Source of the DNA: Heteronotia binoei
Taxonomy: Eukaryota
NCBI RefSeq assembly: GCF_032191835.1
Contig: NC_083227.1
Location: 109,120,001-109,184,000 of the forward strand
Reading direction: 5' to 3'
DNA: 64,000 nucleotides
Part shown: in pieces, positions 1 through 11,948 of the stretch
Layout of the letters: every line of letters starts with the position of its first letter
Position numbering within the stretch: the first letter of the stretch is position 1
Made by a program: the position numbers and the translations under genes
The notes under the pieces: model-generated
The model's input: only the letters and a program-made list of their open reading frames with translations
Told to the model about the DNA's origin: nothing
The model's database searches: none

Positions 1-1883
1 CTGCTTCCACAGAGCAGGTTCCAAATCACAGCTGCTGCTCCAAGAATGGCCACAGCTGTGTACTACTGAAAATGAACACTAAAGGATGTGGTCTCACTTG
101 GTAAAAGTCAGAGGCAAATATCCTCATTTTGTGCTTCCTGTCATGCCGTCTGCTATCCATTTACATCATGCTGACCACTTTATGCACATGACAGAGTAAC
201 TGTCCTGCAACACTGAAGGGATTATGATGCCCTGATGCACAAATAGGAAACATTTGCTCTGCCTTTTGGATTACTTCTGCTTTTACTGCTGGGCCTTTTG
301 GATTACTTCTGCTCCTTTCCTCTCACAGCCTCCCAACTTTAATTGCAGGAGTCTGAATATTCATAGTAATGAGACCTCTGCTGCAGCAGCCTCTTGCCTT
401 TCCCCTCATGTCACCTGTGATTTCAACTTTTCCATTAGTGTTGTTGTGACTTTGATCTCCCTGCCTCAAGATTTCCCCTCTCTAATGATCACCATGGCTC
501 TGTCAAGCTGTCTTACACTTGCCAAGTCCATGACTATTCAGCCACACAAACATTCCACAGTCTCCAATCTGCAGTTCACCAGTTTTCACTACCAACTTGG
601 TTTCTTGACTGTATTGTCTTCTAACTTTCTACATCCATCTCCTTATTCCTTCCAGATACTTATTCCATCTTTAATACCACCAGTTATACTCTGCTCCTGG
701 AATCCAGCTTCTCCTTGGGTTTCTGAAGCACTGTCTTCTCCTGGATTCCCCACCTTTCCAACTATCTCCTTTGGTGACTCCTTCTCCTTGTCTGTTCCAT
801 TTCTTGCAAAAGTCCCACAAGTCCTTGCACCAGCTTCCTGTCATATTTTATACCAATGTCAAGATTCTAATTCTTTTAAATCTCTCCACTCTGATCTTCA
901 GCTGCATTTCTCCCAGCCCAATTTGTTTTTCTTCCTCCATTCTGTCTTAGCTCATGTCCCATCAGCTCTCTTAAATCTGTTCATTGCTGTCTCTGTGTGT
1001 GATTCCCTACTAAGACTTTAATCCTGATTGAACCCTGCTCCTGAAATGACATTCTGTACCAAACTCAGCTTCACCCTTGGTTTTATCTCAGGTTATTTTT
1101 CATTTCTATAATAAAGTGAGGTTACCTACCCCCTACCCCCATTGTCCCATGTTATCAGAATGCTGTTTGTACCAGGGTTTTCCTCACTCCTTCATAGGCT
1201 ATCCCGGGTTATATTAATATAGAAGCATAACTTGGTTTTTAATCTTTTAGCCTCTGTTATCCCTCCATCTGCACTTTCACCGATCAATCACTTGTCAGCA
1301 CAGGTAAGGTTTTATTTCTGTAGGAGAGTTCTATTATATATTTCCCCCTTCTTTGTTGTCAATTTTGTCTTTCTTTGTTGTCCATTTTGGGTTGCACGCC
1401 ATAAAGTTGCTACCAACAACCTATCTTCTTCTGTGTTTGGGTTGCAGTTCCATTGGAAGTGGGCTGGGAGGGGAGGAGGCTGGCTTCTCTTCCCCCACCC
1501 ACATCAGATGAATTTGAAGGACTCCAATGTGGTGCAGGTGCCCCTCCTTCTTGATCGTGGAGGAGGGAGCTGAGTGGCCAGGGTATGTCAAATTGCCAGG
1601 ATATTTTTTTTCTCCTGTCAGGAGGAAGATGCCTTCCCCCATGACACTCTCCTGCCTTGCTTTCTCCTGTGTTGATCCCCAGGGTTTTGGGGTGCTGGGT
1701 CTCAAGTCTGGCTGCCCATTGGTACTCTGGAGGGCCCTCTACCAAACAGACAAAGTCTTCCCCGCACTCATCCTCTAGATCCCCTAAAGGGGAAGCTGTT
1801 TCTCTCCCCCCCACCTTCCCCTCGGTTGATGACTAGGAACTCGAATATAGAATTAATAACCGAGAGCAAGCAGACAATTTAAA
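1..1883 (-). other. BSN: Candidate terminal 3'UTR exon of BSN (3' end not defined)
   Basis: Acceptor ccctgat...ttttttctacaccaccatttctcccag|TTTAAA at 1883; AATAAA on the minus strand at 1312-1317; no coding signal. Boundary inferred only from motifs. Confidence 0.45.
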
Positions 1884-2222
1884 CTGGGAGAAATGGTGGT
1901 GTAGAAAAAATAATCAGGGATAAATAATCAGAGTGGGGAATCATCCTGTGTTTCCTGTCATACATTTCTCTGTCTGGAATGGCCTCTCAGCTTGCCATAG
2001 AAGTAACAATAAATATGATTTTCAATGCCTTCCTTTTCTCTTTCAAATTCCTCTGCCATTTCTTACACAAAGTTTTTGCTAGACCATTCCACCCACATCT
2101 CCTTTGTTCCTTCACTTCCTTTTGATGCTCCCATCACCATTATTGCCTCCCATATTCTGTCCCTCACCTCCTGCTCACTCTCCCAAGCCAGTCATCTACA
2201 CAACACAGTCTGTAAGGACAAA

Positions 2223-2496
2223 GACCGATTCCCCACTAGCCATATGCCACTGTCATGCTCCTCTTCTCGGGGGGGGGGGGGGGGGGGCTTCTGTCAGATT
2301 TCACACTATCTGCCCTGGGGCTGCAACTCGCTTTGCCTTTTTCACGTGACAAACAAACTGGTTTTTAGAGGATCTTGTTTGCTGTATGGAAGAGGCGGAG
2401 CGAGTTGCAGCCCCAGGCCAGATAGTGTGAAATCCGACTGAAGCCCTGTGGAGAAAAGGAGAGTGCGAGTGGCGTAAGGTTAGTGGGGAATCAGTC
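2223..2496. mobile_element. Palindromic MITE, PIF/Harbinger-like
   Basis: TIRs gaccgattccccacta / tagtggggaatcagtc, long internal inverted arms (cagatttcacactatctg...gggctgcaactcgct vs agcgagttgcagcccc...cagatagtgtgaaatc), 3-bp flank AAA on both sides. Confidence 0.7.
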
Positions 2497-2615
2497 AAAG
2501 ACTCCCTGTAATCCTTCACAATGGATAATATGTTGTGAACATTAAGCAAGTATTTAGCAGCATTCGAATGTACACTTGACTGGATGTGGCTCAATTAATT
2601 TAGTGCTGTGACCTT

Positions 2616-2765
2616 GACAGCCCAAGTTCACCCAATCCCATCAAATCTCAGAAGCTAAGCAGGGTTGACCTTAGCTAGTATTTGGAAGGGCTGCCTTAAA
2701 GAAATACCAGGGGTGTGATGCAGAGGCAGGTAAAACAACCTCTGAAATGTCTCTTGCCTTAAAAC
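2616..2765 (+). mobile_element. 5S rRNA-derived SINE fragment (5S-Sauria-like)
   Basis: 5S-like head atctcagaagctaagcagggt...tagtatttggaaggg followed by Sauria/BovB-type tail gcagaggcagg...aacctctgaa...tctcttgcc. Confidence 0.65.
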
Positions 2766-3072
2766 AAGTCTAGCTTTCTTCCTAGAAGTGCAGAATGCTA
2801 AAGAGCTAGAACTTCTGGCTGCCAGACAATCTTAGGATCTCCCAGTTATTCTACCCACAATGCCATATGATGACAACAACAACAATTTAAAGTAAGTGGC
2901 AAATTGCAGTACTCAGAGAAGGATGTGAGTGAGTAAAACAAATAGCTCTTCTACAATGTACCACATACCAGGGACGGTATCAGAATAAGGTTAAAAAATT
3001 ATCCAGTGTCTGCCCCCCCCCAAACAAAATGTGACAGAGGGTGGGGTCTAGAGACAACAGGGTGACACTTAC

Positions 3073-3173
3073 TCTTATACCCAGAGTCTGGAGCAGCAGA
3101 CTGAATTCACTGGATTCTTCATAGGTTTTTTCACTGCAGTAATGTGATCTTCATGTATTCTCCAAAACTCCTG
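3073..3173 (-). other. BSN: Probable non-coding 3'UTR exon of BSN (exon 11)
   Basis: Branch-point-like ttctaat (~3222), 40-nt pyrimidine tract, CAG|CAG acceptor at 3173/3170; donor AGA|gtaagt at 3073. Confidence 0.65.
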
Positions 3174-3495
3174 CTGGGGTGAAGGGGGAGGGAGCGAGAG
3201 TGAGAGCAAAGAGAACTATTAGAAAAGAGAAAGAAAAATCTAAAAGAAAGGAAAAGAAGCCGTCTTGTAATTGGATGGGTTCTTGGGTTAAGGGGGCAGT
3301 TGACTAACCCCGTGTCCTGGCATTGGGGCAACTGTTGTATTGCAATCAAAGTCTCAAGTAAGAAATACTGAAGGAGTTTGAGGATTGCTGCAGCCAGGGC
3401 ACATGAAATGTGGCTTGAGGTTTGTCTGACAGTTCCAAAGTCACTGGTGGTTGTATATATGGAAGACCAAAAGTGACTCACCTGGTGGCGTTCTC

Positions 3496-3536
3496 TCACC
3501 AAAATGATGTGAATTTTTTGCCAAAAGCTGACACAG
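3496..3536 (-). CDS. BSN: Bassoon last coding exon 10, AVSAFGKKFTSFW* (exon continues 14 nt past the stop to a donor at 3482)
   Basis: Acceptor ttttctttacatccatag|CT at 3536; TGA at 3498-3496; then gagaacgccaccag|gtgagt. Confidence 0.95.
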
Positions 3537-4302
3537 CTATGGATGTAAAGAAAAGAGAAATAAATGCCTGATGCAGCAGAACATCCACATTTATCAGGTT
3601 CCAGAGAATGTCTTGCTGTCAGTCCTATCTTCTTTCTTTTCTGTACTGTTGTTTAGTTATATATTTTTATTCCATAGACATCACTTCTTTCATTTATCTA
3701 TTTAGTTACCAGGCTTTGTCCCAACATCTCTGTGATGAAACTTGTTTTATTCCTACATTGTCTTCTATTGTTTGAACATTTAGCTTTTAGTTTGGAATTA
3801 AGTCATGAGGAACTTAACTTAGTAGTGGAACTCAAGGTCCTAATTTCAATCACTGGTGTGGCATCTCTACATCAGAGGATCTATAACAGAAAGGCTGGGG
3901 GAATGTCTAAGACCTGCTGGTCAGTAGTGGGACAGAAGGAGCCTCTGTTTTAATTCAGCCAGGCAGCTTCATTTGTTTTCACAAGTTCTTTAGCAACCCT
4001 TGCAGCCAAAGGACAAATGGTCCTGCAGTACTGATGGCCTCTGATGCTAGTTGATTTGGCTTCTTCAGTGGAACTTCTATCCCTTCTCTACTTCCCTTAT
4101 TCTGACTTTCATTGCCTTTTGTTTTTTTGCTTTGCTCTCCTTTTTTTTCAGCCTGTCTCACAGGTGTGAAATTGAAACACAGTTCTTCTATTTCCTCTGG
4201 CTAGTTTCTGCCAGTCCTGCTTAATCAGTTCTATGTGTGTGAGCCTGAAGAGGAACATCCCTCATGCTTTGGGACAAATCTCCAAGAAACACCTTCTCTC
4301 AC

Positions 4303-4443
4303 CTTCAGTTAATTTGCCTGCTTGTTCTGCTGCACCTCCTGGCAGGATTTTGGAGAAGACACTCTCTCCTTCTGCTCCTGGCTGACCAGCTGCTGCACCA
4401 GCAGAAGTGGGTGCTCCAGCTGGCTTAGGACCCAGCTTAATGC
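4303..4443 (-). CDS. BSN: Bassoon exon 9 (141 nt, phase 1/1) GIKLGPKPAG...GESVFSKILPGGAAEQAGKLTE
   Basis: Acceptor tttcctccaacag|GC at 4443; donor AAG|gtgaga at 4303; highly conserved Bassoon C-terminal motif. Confidence 0.95.
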
Positions 4444-5049
4444 CTGTTGGAGGAAACCATATGAATGCTTTTGAATAGGAGCCCCATCCTATCACTTAGG
4501 GCAGGCAAAAGAGGGCAGTGTGCAGGGTTTCAAACTACTTCTCCTTTAGCTTCTGTCTTCCACCCCAAAGTATTTCATAATTAAACTTTTTTCAACCACC
4601 TGGACCAGGAAAAAGATGAGATGGTGGTCACAATATTTCTAAGAGCATAAAAATATTAACATTTGAATATGCATTATGTGGTTGGTACAGAAGAAGATGG
4701 AATTACTTTAAATTGGAGCTGTGTTGTTGGTCGATCTCCAGCTGAATTACTGCTTCTTTCTATATGAGTGACAGAGCTGCTTGTCCTTACAGCTATGGGA
4801 AACGGATCAATGTTCCCTATGTGCTTTCAAGCATCCTCCTTGTGTTTTCTATGACTTGTGCTCTGCTAATTCTATACTGATAGGCATATTCTCTGTACAA
4901 CCATGGCTAGATGATGGACTGGTCAAAGGCATTTAGCATCTGCTTGATCTTGCTTAAGAAGCTTTCGTTCTCTGCAGTGAATCGTTTGGAATTTACTCTT
5001 CTGAGAACAAACTGAACCTTAATAGTAGTAGGATTAACAACAACAACAA

Positions 5050-5220
5050 CAAAGTTTGAGTCCAGCAGCCCCTTTAAAACCAACAAAGTTTAATTCTTTG
5101 TATAAACTTTCGTGTGCATGCACATGAAAACTTATACCCAGAATAAAACTTTGTCTTAAAAGTGCCACTGGACTCAAACTTTGCTCTGCTGCTTCAGATC
5201 AACATAGCTACCCACTTGAA
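5050..5220. mobile_element. Collapsed Penelope-like inverted terminal repeat remnant
   Basis: caaagtttgagtccag...ctggactcaaactttg hairpin with central palindrome ctttcgtgtgcatgcacatgaaa; same family at 61068-61209. Confidence 0.6.
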
Positions 5221-5343
5221 TAATAATGATGATAATAATAACAATAATTAAGCTTTCGTTAACAAGTTGCTGGTAGTTAACAAGTTCCTTCCAGTGATAG
5301 ATGCTGAAAAGGAGCCACCTACAAGAGAGGAAAGCTTGCTTAC

Positions 5344-5440
5344 CTCCTGCAGTTGTTCCCTGTGGCTGTGTTTGGGGTGCTCTCCCCACCTGTAGCACTT
5401 TTGTGGTAGGCTTGGATGCATCAGTCTGTTCTGTTTTAGG
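5344..5440 (-). CDS. BSN: Bassoon exon 8 (97 nt, phase 0/1) PKTEQTDASKPTTKVLQVGRAPQTQPQGTTAG
   Basis: Acceptor tttgtttactattacag|CCT at 5440; donor GAG|gtaagc at 5344; resembles mammalian PRAEQTNGSKGTAKAPQQGRAPQAQP (recalled). Confidence 0.92.
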
Positions 5441-6076
5441 CTGTAATAGTAAACAAAGATTTAAAAAATTCTTCCCAGGTGTTGGGCAGCAGGGTTACAC
5501 TGCAAATTAGAGAAAAATAACTGCAACATGAAAGCCACCTCAGGATGTTCCCCTCAGGCTTCTTCCCCAAAATGTAATTGTCAAGTCATTTGGGCTGTCC
5601 CTAATCCACCCTTTAAGTATCCCTGTTCTCCATCAGATGTTGTATTCCTCACCCCCCACATACATCGGTGTTGCTGATGCACTACCTACGAATGCTAAAC
5701 ATTCATAATGTAAAGCCTCATTCCCACCCCTTGTCTTTTCTTGTGCACATGATCTTCTATGGCTCTTTCCAAACCTGTCATTCAAATGTGCCAATCAGCA
5801 GAATGCCTCCTCTTTAACATTTTAAGAGCTTTATCAATTCCTGTAATTCATCTGTTGGGAAAACCTTATACTGTATAATTCTGTCTGCTGAACTGGACAA
5901 TAAGCCATGCGCAGTCAGTGACTGCCATTTTTGTACACACCCCATTCCATAAAATGGACCATAGTTCTGTCCAGTACTCTCACCATTATGTAGACCAAGA
6001 TGTGGTGCAGCCAGTGGTTGCACCAGTGGTTGCTTACTCTACAATTGGCAGTCAGCAAAGGAGAACTGCTACTTAC

Positions 6077-6960
6077 TGGTCCTGCTTGGTGAGCGCTAGA
6101 TTGTGCTTGGACAGTTGACTGTGGTTTGCCCAGTGGCTGGGGCTGCCCAGGTTGTTGTTGGGCTGGCCGTGTGGAAGGTTGGGTCCCCGGAGGTGGTGGC
6201 TGCTGTTGCTGCAGTGGTTGCTGCTGTGGTGGCTGTTGTTGCTGTTGCTGCATCCTGACTTGCTGGGGTTGTTGCTGAGATGACTGCTGTGAAGGAGCTG
6301 TTGAGTGCTGCTGAGGCTGCCTTCCTGACTGTTGCTGCTGCCTGGCTGAAGCCTGCTGTTGCTGCTGCTGCTGCTGCTGTCCTGCTTGCTGCTGCCTCGT
6401 TTGCTGCTGCTGCTGCTGCTGTTGTTGTGGATGGGAAAGTGGCTCTGATTTTGGCTGCTGAGATGATGGCCCATGTTGCATCTGTCTCTGTGGTTTTTGG
6501 GACTCTGAGGTATGATGGTAGCCAGATGGCTGCCGGGATTGCTGGGAATATTCTGAAGAGCTGGAAGGATAACCTGGCTGTGTTCTCATATCTGCTTGCT
6601 GAGCTTTCTTCTGGGAAGAGGGTTGTCCATGTCCACGAGATTCATGGCGACCTGGATCTCTTGGATGTTGCCTAGATGATCTCCTTGGCAGATCATCACT
6701 GGAGTGCCGAGAGGATGAGGTATGCCTCCCATAATCTCCATGGTGTCTATGTTCTTTGGAAGAGGAGTGACGTGGGTGGGAATAGTCACTGTGATGCCAC
6801 AAGTCTTCATCTGGGGGTTCGTCATAGTCATGATAGGTATGCTTAACTGTACCCCTTTTCTGGGAGGATGAGGAGTGGCCACCATAATGCCTCATCCTCT
6901 CTGAGCGAGGTTCCCTCGGCTTATCAAACCAGTCTGTCTCCTCCTGACCCAAGTGATAGG
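6077..6960 (-). CDS. BSN: Bassoon exon 7 (884 nt, phase 1/0), His/Arg-rich then polyglutamine region
   Basis: Acceptor tttttggtttctgaag|CCTAT completes G+CC = Ala of SEAYHLGQEETDWFDKP; donor CCA|gtaagt at 6077. Confidence 0.95.
6180..6427 (-). repeat. CAG/CAA polyglutamine-rich tract in BSN exon 7 (two Q9 runs plus shorter runs)
   Basis: Minus strand CAA2-CAG6-CAA and CAG7-CAA-CAG. Confidence 0.9.
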
Positions 6961-7315
6961 CTTCAGAAACCAAAAACAGATCACAGTCAATCTCCTGCTC
7001 CAAAGGTGCGCATTTAGCCCAGGTTGAAGCCATGCAATGAAATAAAAGAATGCAAGGTGCTTATCACATGCATATATGATATGTCACATCAGCCATTCAT
7101 AAAATATTTAAAAACTCAGGAATCTTAGCTCATTATCACACTGAACAAGCGGTGAGCACCAGTAGGACATGCAGAGTACTAACACAAAACAACCAATACA
7201 GAAAGCAAAATGAGGGAGAAAGGCACATGGCAAGCAAACTCAGGCAGGGTACTGTCTTTGCAGATATGACCTGCTTGAGCATGCTCTGGGGTAAGTCACC
7301 ACAGGTAGCCATTAC
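6961..7315 (-). promoter_or_regulatory. Intron 6 with three RBFOX-type UGCAUG elements
   Basis: Plus-strand CATGCA at 7031-7036, 7067-7072 and 7168-7173. Confidence 0.5.
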
Positions 7316-9488
7316 CTTCACTGTCTGAAACAACACAGTGTGAATCGTCCATGATGTAACCTTCTTCATGCTTGTAAGAGTGGGTTCTTGGCACATCTTT
7401 GATATGTTCTTGTACATCAGGCAATGAGTGACTGGAACAGAACTGGGAGCAGCTGTCTCCAGCAGACTGAGGAAGAGGTCCACCAGAGGACCGTGACACA
7501 CCCATAGATTTCCCCAAAGGACTGATAGGGCTTTCCTCTTCTGAAGTCTGTGTGCGCATTGGAGGTCGCCCACGACTCTGACCCATACTAAGAGAAGAAG
7601 GCTTGGAGCTTCCTTTTGGAGGTCTCTCCATGCTTTCTCTTTCATAGGATCTGCTCCTGCTGCTGACCTCTCGGCTTGACAGTTTCTCTGACACATATCC
7701 AGAGGACCTAGATCGTCCACCACTATATGCTCTATCATCCTCTTCCATCATATCCCTGCTAGACATGCCATAGTACTTCTGCTGATCATATACATTCTTT
7801 TTGAGGCCATAAGTGATGTCATCTTGCAGTTTCTTTGCTCTGGATGCCACACTGCTGCTACTAACTGATGTGGTTACTGTATAGGAAGCTAGGTCTGATT
7901 CCACATCTTTGGCTTCTTCGATAGGGGAGAATTTTGATATCTTCTGCTCCATACCTTGTTTCCGATGCTTGCTGCGCTTGGAAGAGATGACAGCTGGGGC
8001 TAAGTTTTTAGAAGTGTGTTTCTGCATCCCTATACTTGACCCATGTTTATCTGGGCGAGAGGAATGCCTGTAATCAATATCTCCATAGTAGTAGGAGCCT
8101 GAGCTACCAGTCATCCTCCCATTGCTCTCTGGGCCCCTGTGGTAGTTCTTCCCTCGATGGTCAGGGCCATGATGATCATACATATCCTCCTCTGACTCTT
8201 CTTCTCCTTTAGAATAGCAGCAAGGCCTACTGGAGACATCTGTATTGGCTAGGTCACCCTTTTCTTTAATATGCCGTCCATTGCTGCTCTGTGACTGCAG
8301 ATCTCCTTTCTGGCCCTCCCCTGCAGAACTCTCTTTGGTTAGTTCACTGATATCATCAATCATTACATAGTTCCGAGGAATGTTTTGCTCTAGGTTGGTG
8401 TAGAGAGAGTCGGAGGAATAGCTGGTGGAGGGACTTTGCACTGCACCACTCCTATCTGTTGGTCTTCCCTCTGGGGCTTTGTATTGGTCATAGCTGCTGG
8501 TAACTGTTGTGGTGCTATACGTAACTTCCGGTGTTGCAGCAGAAATCACAACAGTGGGATTACTGATCACTTCATAATTGGTGGGAATCTTTTGCTCTAA
8601 ATCAGCTAGCGATGTCTGCCGTGGTTTCTGGGAGGTTGTGTGTGTGTCTGCATGGGTTTGAAAGAGTGTGTTTTGAGCAGGCTGCAAAGGTGCCTGGTTG
8701 GAATATGTGGTCTGAGCCTGGTAAGGGGGTCGGAAGCCTTGATGGCTCTGCAGGCCCAGTTCAGATTGATACCCTGTGCTTGGTGTGAAGCTGTGTGGCT
8801 GATATGTAGTTTGGGAAGGATAGGCAGGCATCTGGCTGGCCTGGAAGCCATTTTGAGCAGGGGCATTGCTAGCTGCAGGATAATGTGGAGGCTGAAATCT
8901 TGTTTGCTGGAATGTGGCTGGGCCTGGTGGGGCAGCCTGTCCTGAGGAATACTGATACTGGGTATAGGAAGAGGCTGATGTGTACTGTGCACTGGAGAAA
9001 TCGGCATACTGATTAGAGGGAGCAGTGCTGGGCCTAGTCAGGAGACTGCCACTCTCGTAGCTGGAAAGGCGGAGGTTGTTAAGCTCACTGTCAGACATGT
9101 AGTCCCTGTTCTCTCCCAGGCATCGTAGATAGGGATAATCACGAACATTCCGATCCTTCAACAAAGACTCCTTTCTTTGATTGATTCCCAGTTCCAAATA
9201 CTTCAGCTTGGCATCAATTTCTTTCTCTTCTTCATCCAGCTCAGCTTGTTTCTTCCGCAGCTTAGTAGACTCATGCTCCACCAGCTTCAAGTCCCGGTCA
9301 ATGTCTTTGAGGAGGCTGGCTTTGGTCACTTGAACAGCCTGCCCTCCCATTCCTTTCTGCATAAGGCCAGGCATGTACATCTGTGAGTGAGCTTGGCTGG
9401 CCAAAGGGAGGTGAGCTTCTTCTGGTGGGGGACTGGGCAGCGTTCGCTTCACCTTCCGAGTGAGGGTGTTGGACTGAAGAGCGGAAAT
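7316..9488 (-). CDS. BSN: Bassoon exon 6 (2173 nt, phase 0/1): CC3 and downstream region
   Basis: Acceptor tttccattgccttctag|ATTTCC at 9488 (ISALQSNTLTRKVKRTLPSPPPEEA...ELDEEEKEIDAKLKYLELGI); donor GAAG|gtaatg at 7316 after VVSDSE. Confidence 0.96.
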
Positions 9489-11163
9489 CTAGAAGGCAAT
9501 GGAAACCATGATCAAATGTAGGTACTAGATAACAACGAAAGAACACACTTTAACAAGTTGCTGTACTACTTAATAATGGCCTACATTGACTTCTTGTCAT
9601 TTAAACTTAATACATTACATAAAATGATAGAGGAGTATTTGTTAAGACTCACAAGCACCCAAAATAACTTGAATAGAAAAAGGACAATTTACCTATACAA
9701 AGTCTGTGTAAAAGCCCTGAAGGTATCTCATTCTGCTTACTGATACTGTGTTCTTCAATGAAACAAAGTTAAATGAACAGTCTGTATATGGAAGTTCTAA
9801 AAATTGGCAGAACCATAAAACAGCCTGTCCAATTAAGGAGGGCTGTTGTTGATTTTCTTAAAGTCACAATGAATGGAAAACAATAACAAATATCAGTATC
9901 ATATTTCACTCTACTACAAATTTCAAGTGGGCCCCAACACTTCTTGTTACCAATAAAAGCTACAATGTATGGTTCTCAAAAAGGCAAACCATGGAAAGAA
10001 TCTAAAATGCACTGCATAAAAATACGAACACTTCATGGGAATAGCTAGAGTGAATAATGATTCTTCTGGCAAGCTTATACTACATGAATGGTCACAGGTA
10101 CTGACACTGAGAAAATGAATTCTGAAAGAAACAGTAAACTACTCGAATATTTCTCCCTAATGAGCTAGAATAAAACCAATTCAGTCTGGTTTAGAGATAA
10201 ATTCAGGCAAACATCTCTAGTCAGACCATACTGGGAACAGATTTTCACTTCTGAGTAAGCCAAGTTTCCAAGAATGTATAGTGATTATATTGTAAGTGGC
10301 AGACTAATTTGGTTTATAAATTTAAATCAAGAGCCTATGAAATGCAGATAAAACTTTGTATTATTAGTTTTTACTGCTATTATATTGGACTGAATGAAAC
10401 AAAAGACGAAATTCAGGATTCTGGACATCTCCCTAAAGGCTCCATAACCATAGCAGATCTTACACAGACTACAGAAGAATGAGACCTAATAAAGAATAAT
10501 CCTCCAGAATTTTTTTCCTGAGTTCTTCAAAGTATGGAGAATGGAGAGTTTTAAAAGTCTTTCAAAAACCCTATTCAGAATAGTGGGGTTCTTGTTGATC
10601 ATATCTGTTGAAAGGCCTACATAGAATTAGCAGGACTCCAGAGAAAAAAAGACAGCTGTCAGATGGTTTGGTGGGGGAAGAAGTAACAGCTGTTCTAAAT
10701 CAGTATTTTTGAAAGGTCTCTAAGGGCCATGCAGCTCACAGGTTCCCATTTGGGCTGGAAGAGCAGGCAAAGAAGCCTTGCAGGCAAAACGTCATCATTC
10801 TGACATGAAGACACTCAGATGAGCAAAAATAACAATTAGCCCTTGGGCAACCAAGTCATTTTCATGAGTACTTTCATAGCAAGTGTTTTCACTTCTCACT
10901 GCTGAAAAAAACAAAAGATCCTCTCACAAACAACTCTTGTTAGTCCTAGAAGAACAATGCGGTTTCACAAAAACACTACCTTGTTTCTTGGTTGTGTTCA
11001 GAAGAGATGTAGATAGGCACACACTACAGATGTTACCACCCTGTGTCCCATGTGACAGTCACACAGGAGTTGCAGGTTCTCCTCAGTTGCTGCATGCCCA
11101 GTGATTATTCAGATTACAGCTGTGCTACACATGAAGAGGAAGCCTCAGCCTTTCCCCCTGTGC

Positions 11164-11677
11164 TAGGGTTGCCAAGTCCAATTTAAGAAATATCTGGGGG
11201 CTTTGGGGGTGGAGCCAGGAGTCTTTGGGGGTGGAGCCAGGAGACATTGGGGGCAGAGCCAAGTGCAAGGGTGTGACAAGCATCATTGAACTTCAAGGGA
11301 GTTCTGGCCATCACATTTAAAGGGACTGCACAAATAATGCCTTCCTTCCATAGGAAATAATGAAGGATAGGGGCACCTTCTTTTGGGGCTCATAGAATTG
11401 GACCCCTTGGTCCAATCTTTTTGAAACTTGGGAGGTATTTTGGGGAGAGGCACTAGATGCTATACTGAAAATTTGGTGCCTCTATCTCAAAAAACAGGCC
11501 CCCCAGAGCCCCCAATACCCGCAGATCAATTCCCCATCATTCCCTATGGGAATCGTTCATAGAGGTGCGTGATGGCTCTGGGGGCGGGGCTTCCCCCGCC
11601 GGCCAGCTGGCTGGGGGAGGGGGGAAGCCTGTAAAACCGGGGGATCCCCCTCTGGGACCTGGGGATTGGGAAGCCTA
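11164..11677 (+). mobile_element. hAT-type MITE (TAGGGTTGCCAA termini, MER53/Blackjack-like), copy 1
   Basis: Left TIR tagggttgccaa, right ttgggaagccta; collinear with copies at 11949 and 38325. No TSD at its own right end. Confidence 0.85.
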
Positions 11678-11948
11678 TACTGGATAGCTGAGTCTAAAAA
11701 TAGAGCTGAATCTACTTTGGTAGGGAAACCCATAGAGTGGGCCCAACCTCACTAAAAATGGAATTATAAAGCTATTATAGAGCTAGGGGACCTGAAAACT
11801 GAGATGTTTAGTGTGCCCCTAGGTCTGCTTACTGAGGACCCACAACATGCATCTGATGAAGTGGCAGTGGGCCCAAGCTTACAAAATCTTGTGCTAAAAA
11901 TGTTAGTCTTAAAGTGCCACAAGAATCCTGTCTATTCTGCAGCTACAC

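Noticed and set aside
261-313. 21-bp direct repeat with 32-bp period
   Set aside because: Ordinary slippage duplication with no further structure.
254-1021. 255-aa plus-strand ORF
   Set aside because: TTG start, Ser/Leu/Phe/Pro-rich low-complexity translation of a pyrimidine-rich strand, no recognisable domain. Probably the antisense of BSN 3'UTR sequence.
1295-1310. Plus-strand donor CAG|gtaagg suggesting an antisense gene
   Set aside because: No matching upstream acceptor or ORF; it overlaps the minus-strand AATAAA region.
3979-4260. Purine-rich minus-strand ORF and cttcag acceptor in intron 9 as a possible alternative exon
   Set aside because: The frame continuing from exon 9 hits TAG after 4 codons, and there is no similarity to Bassoon.
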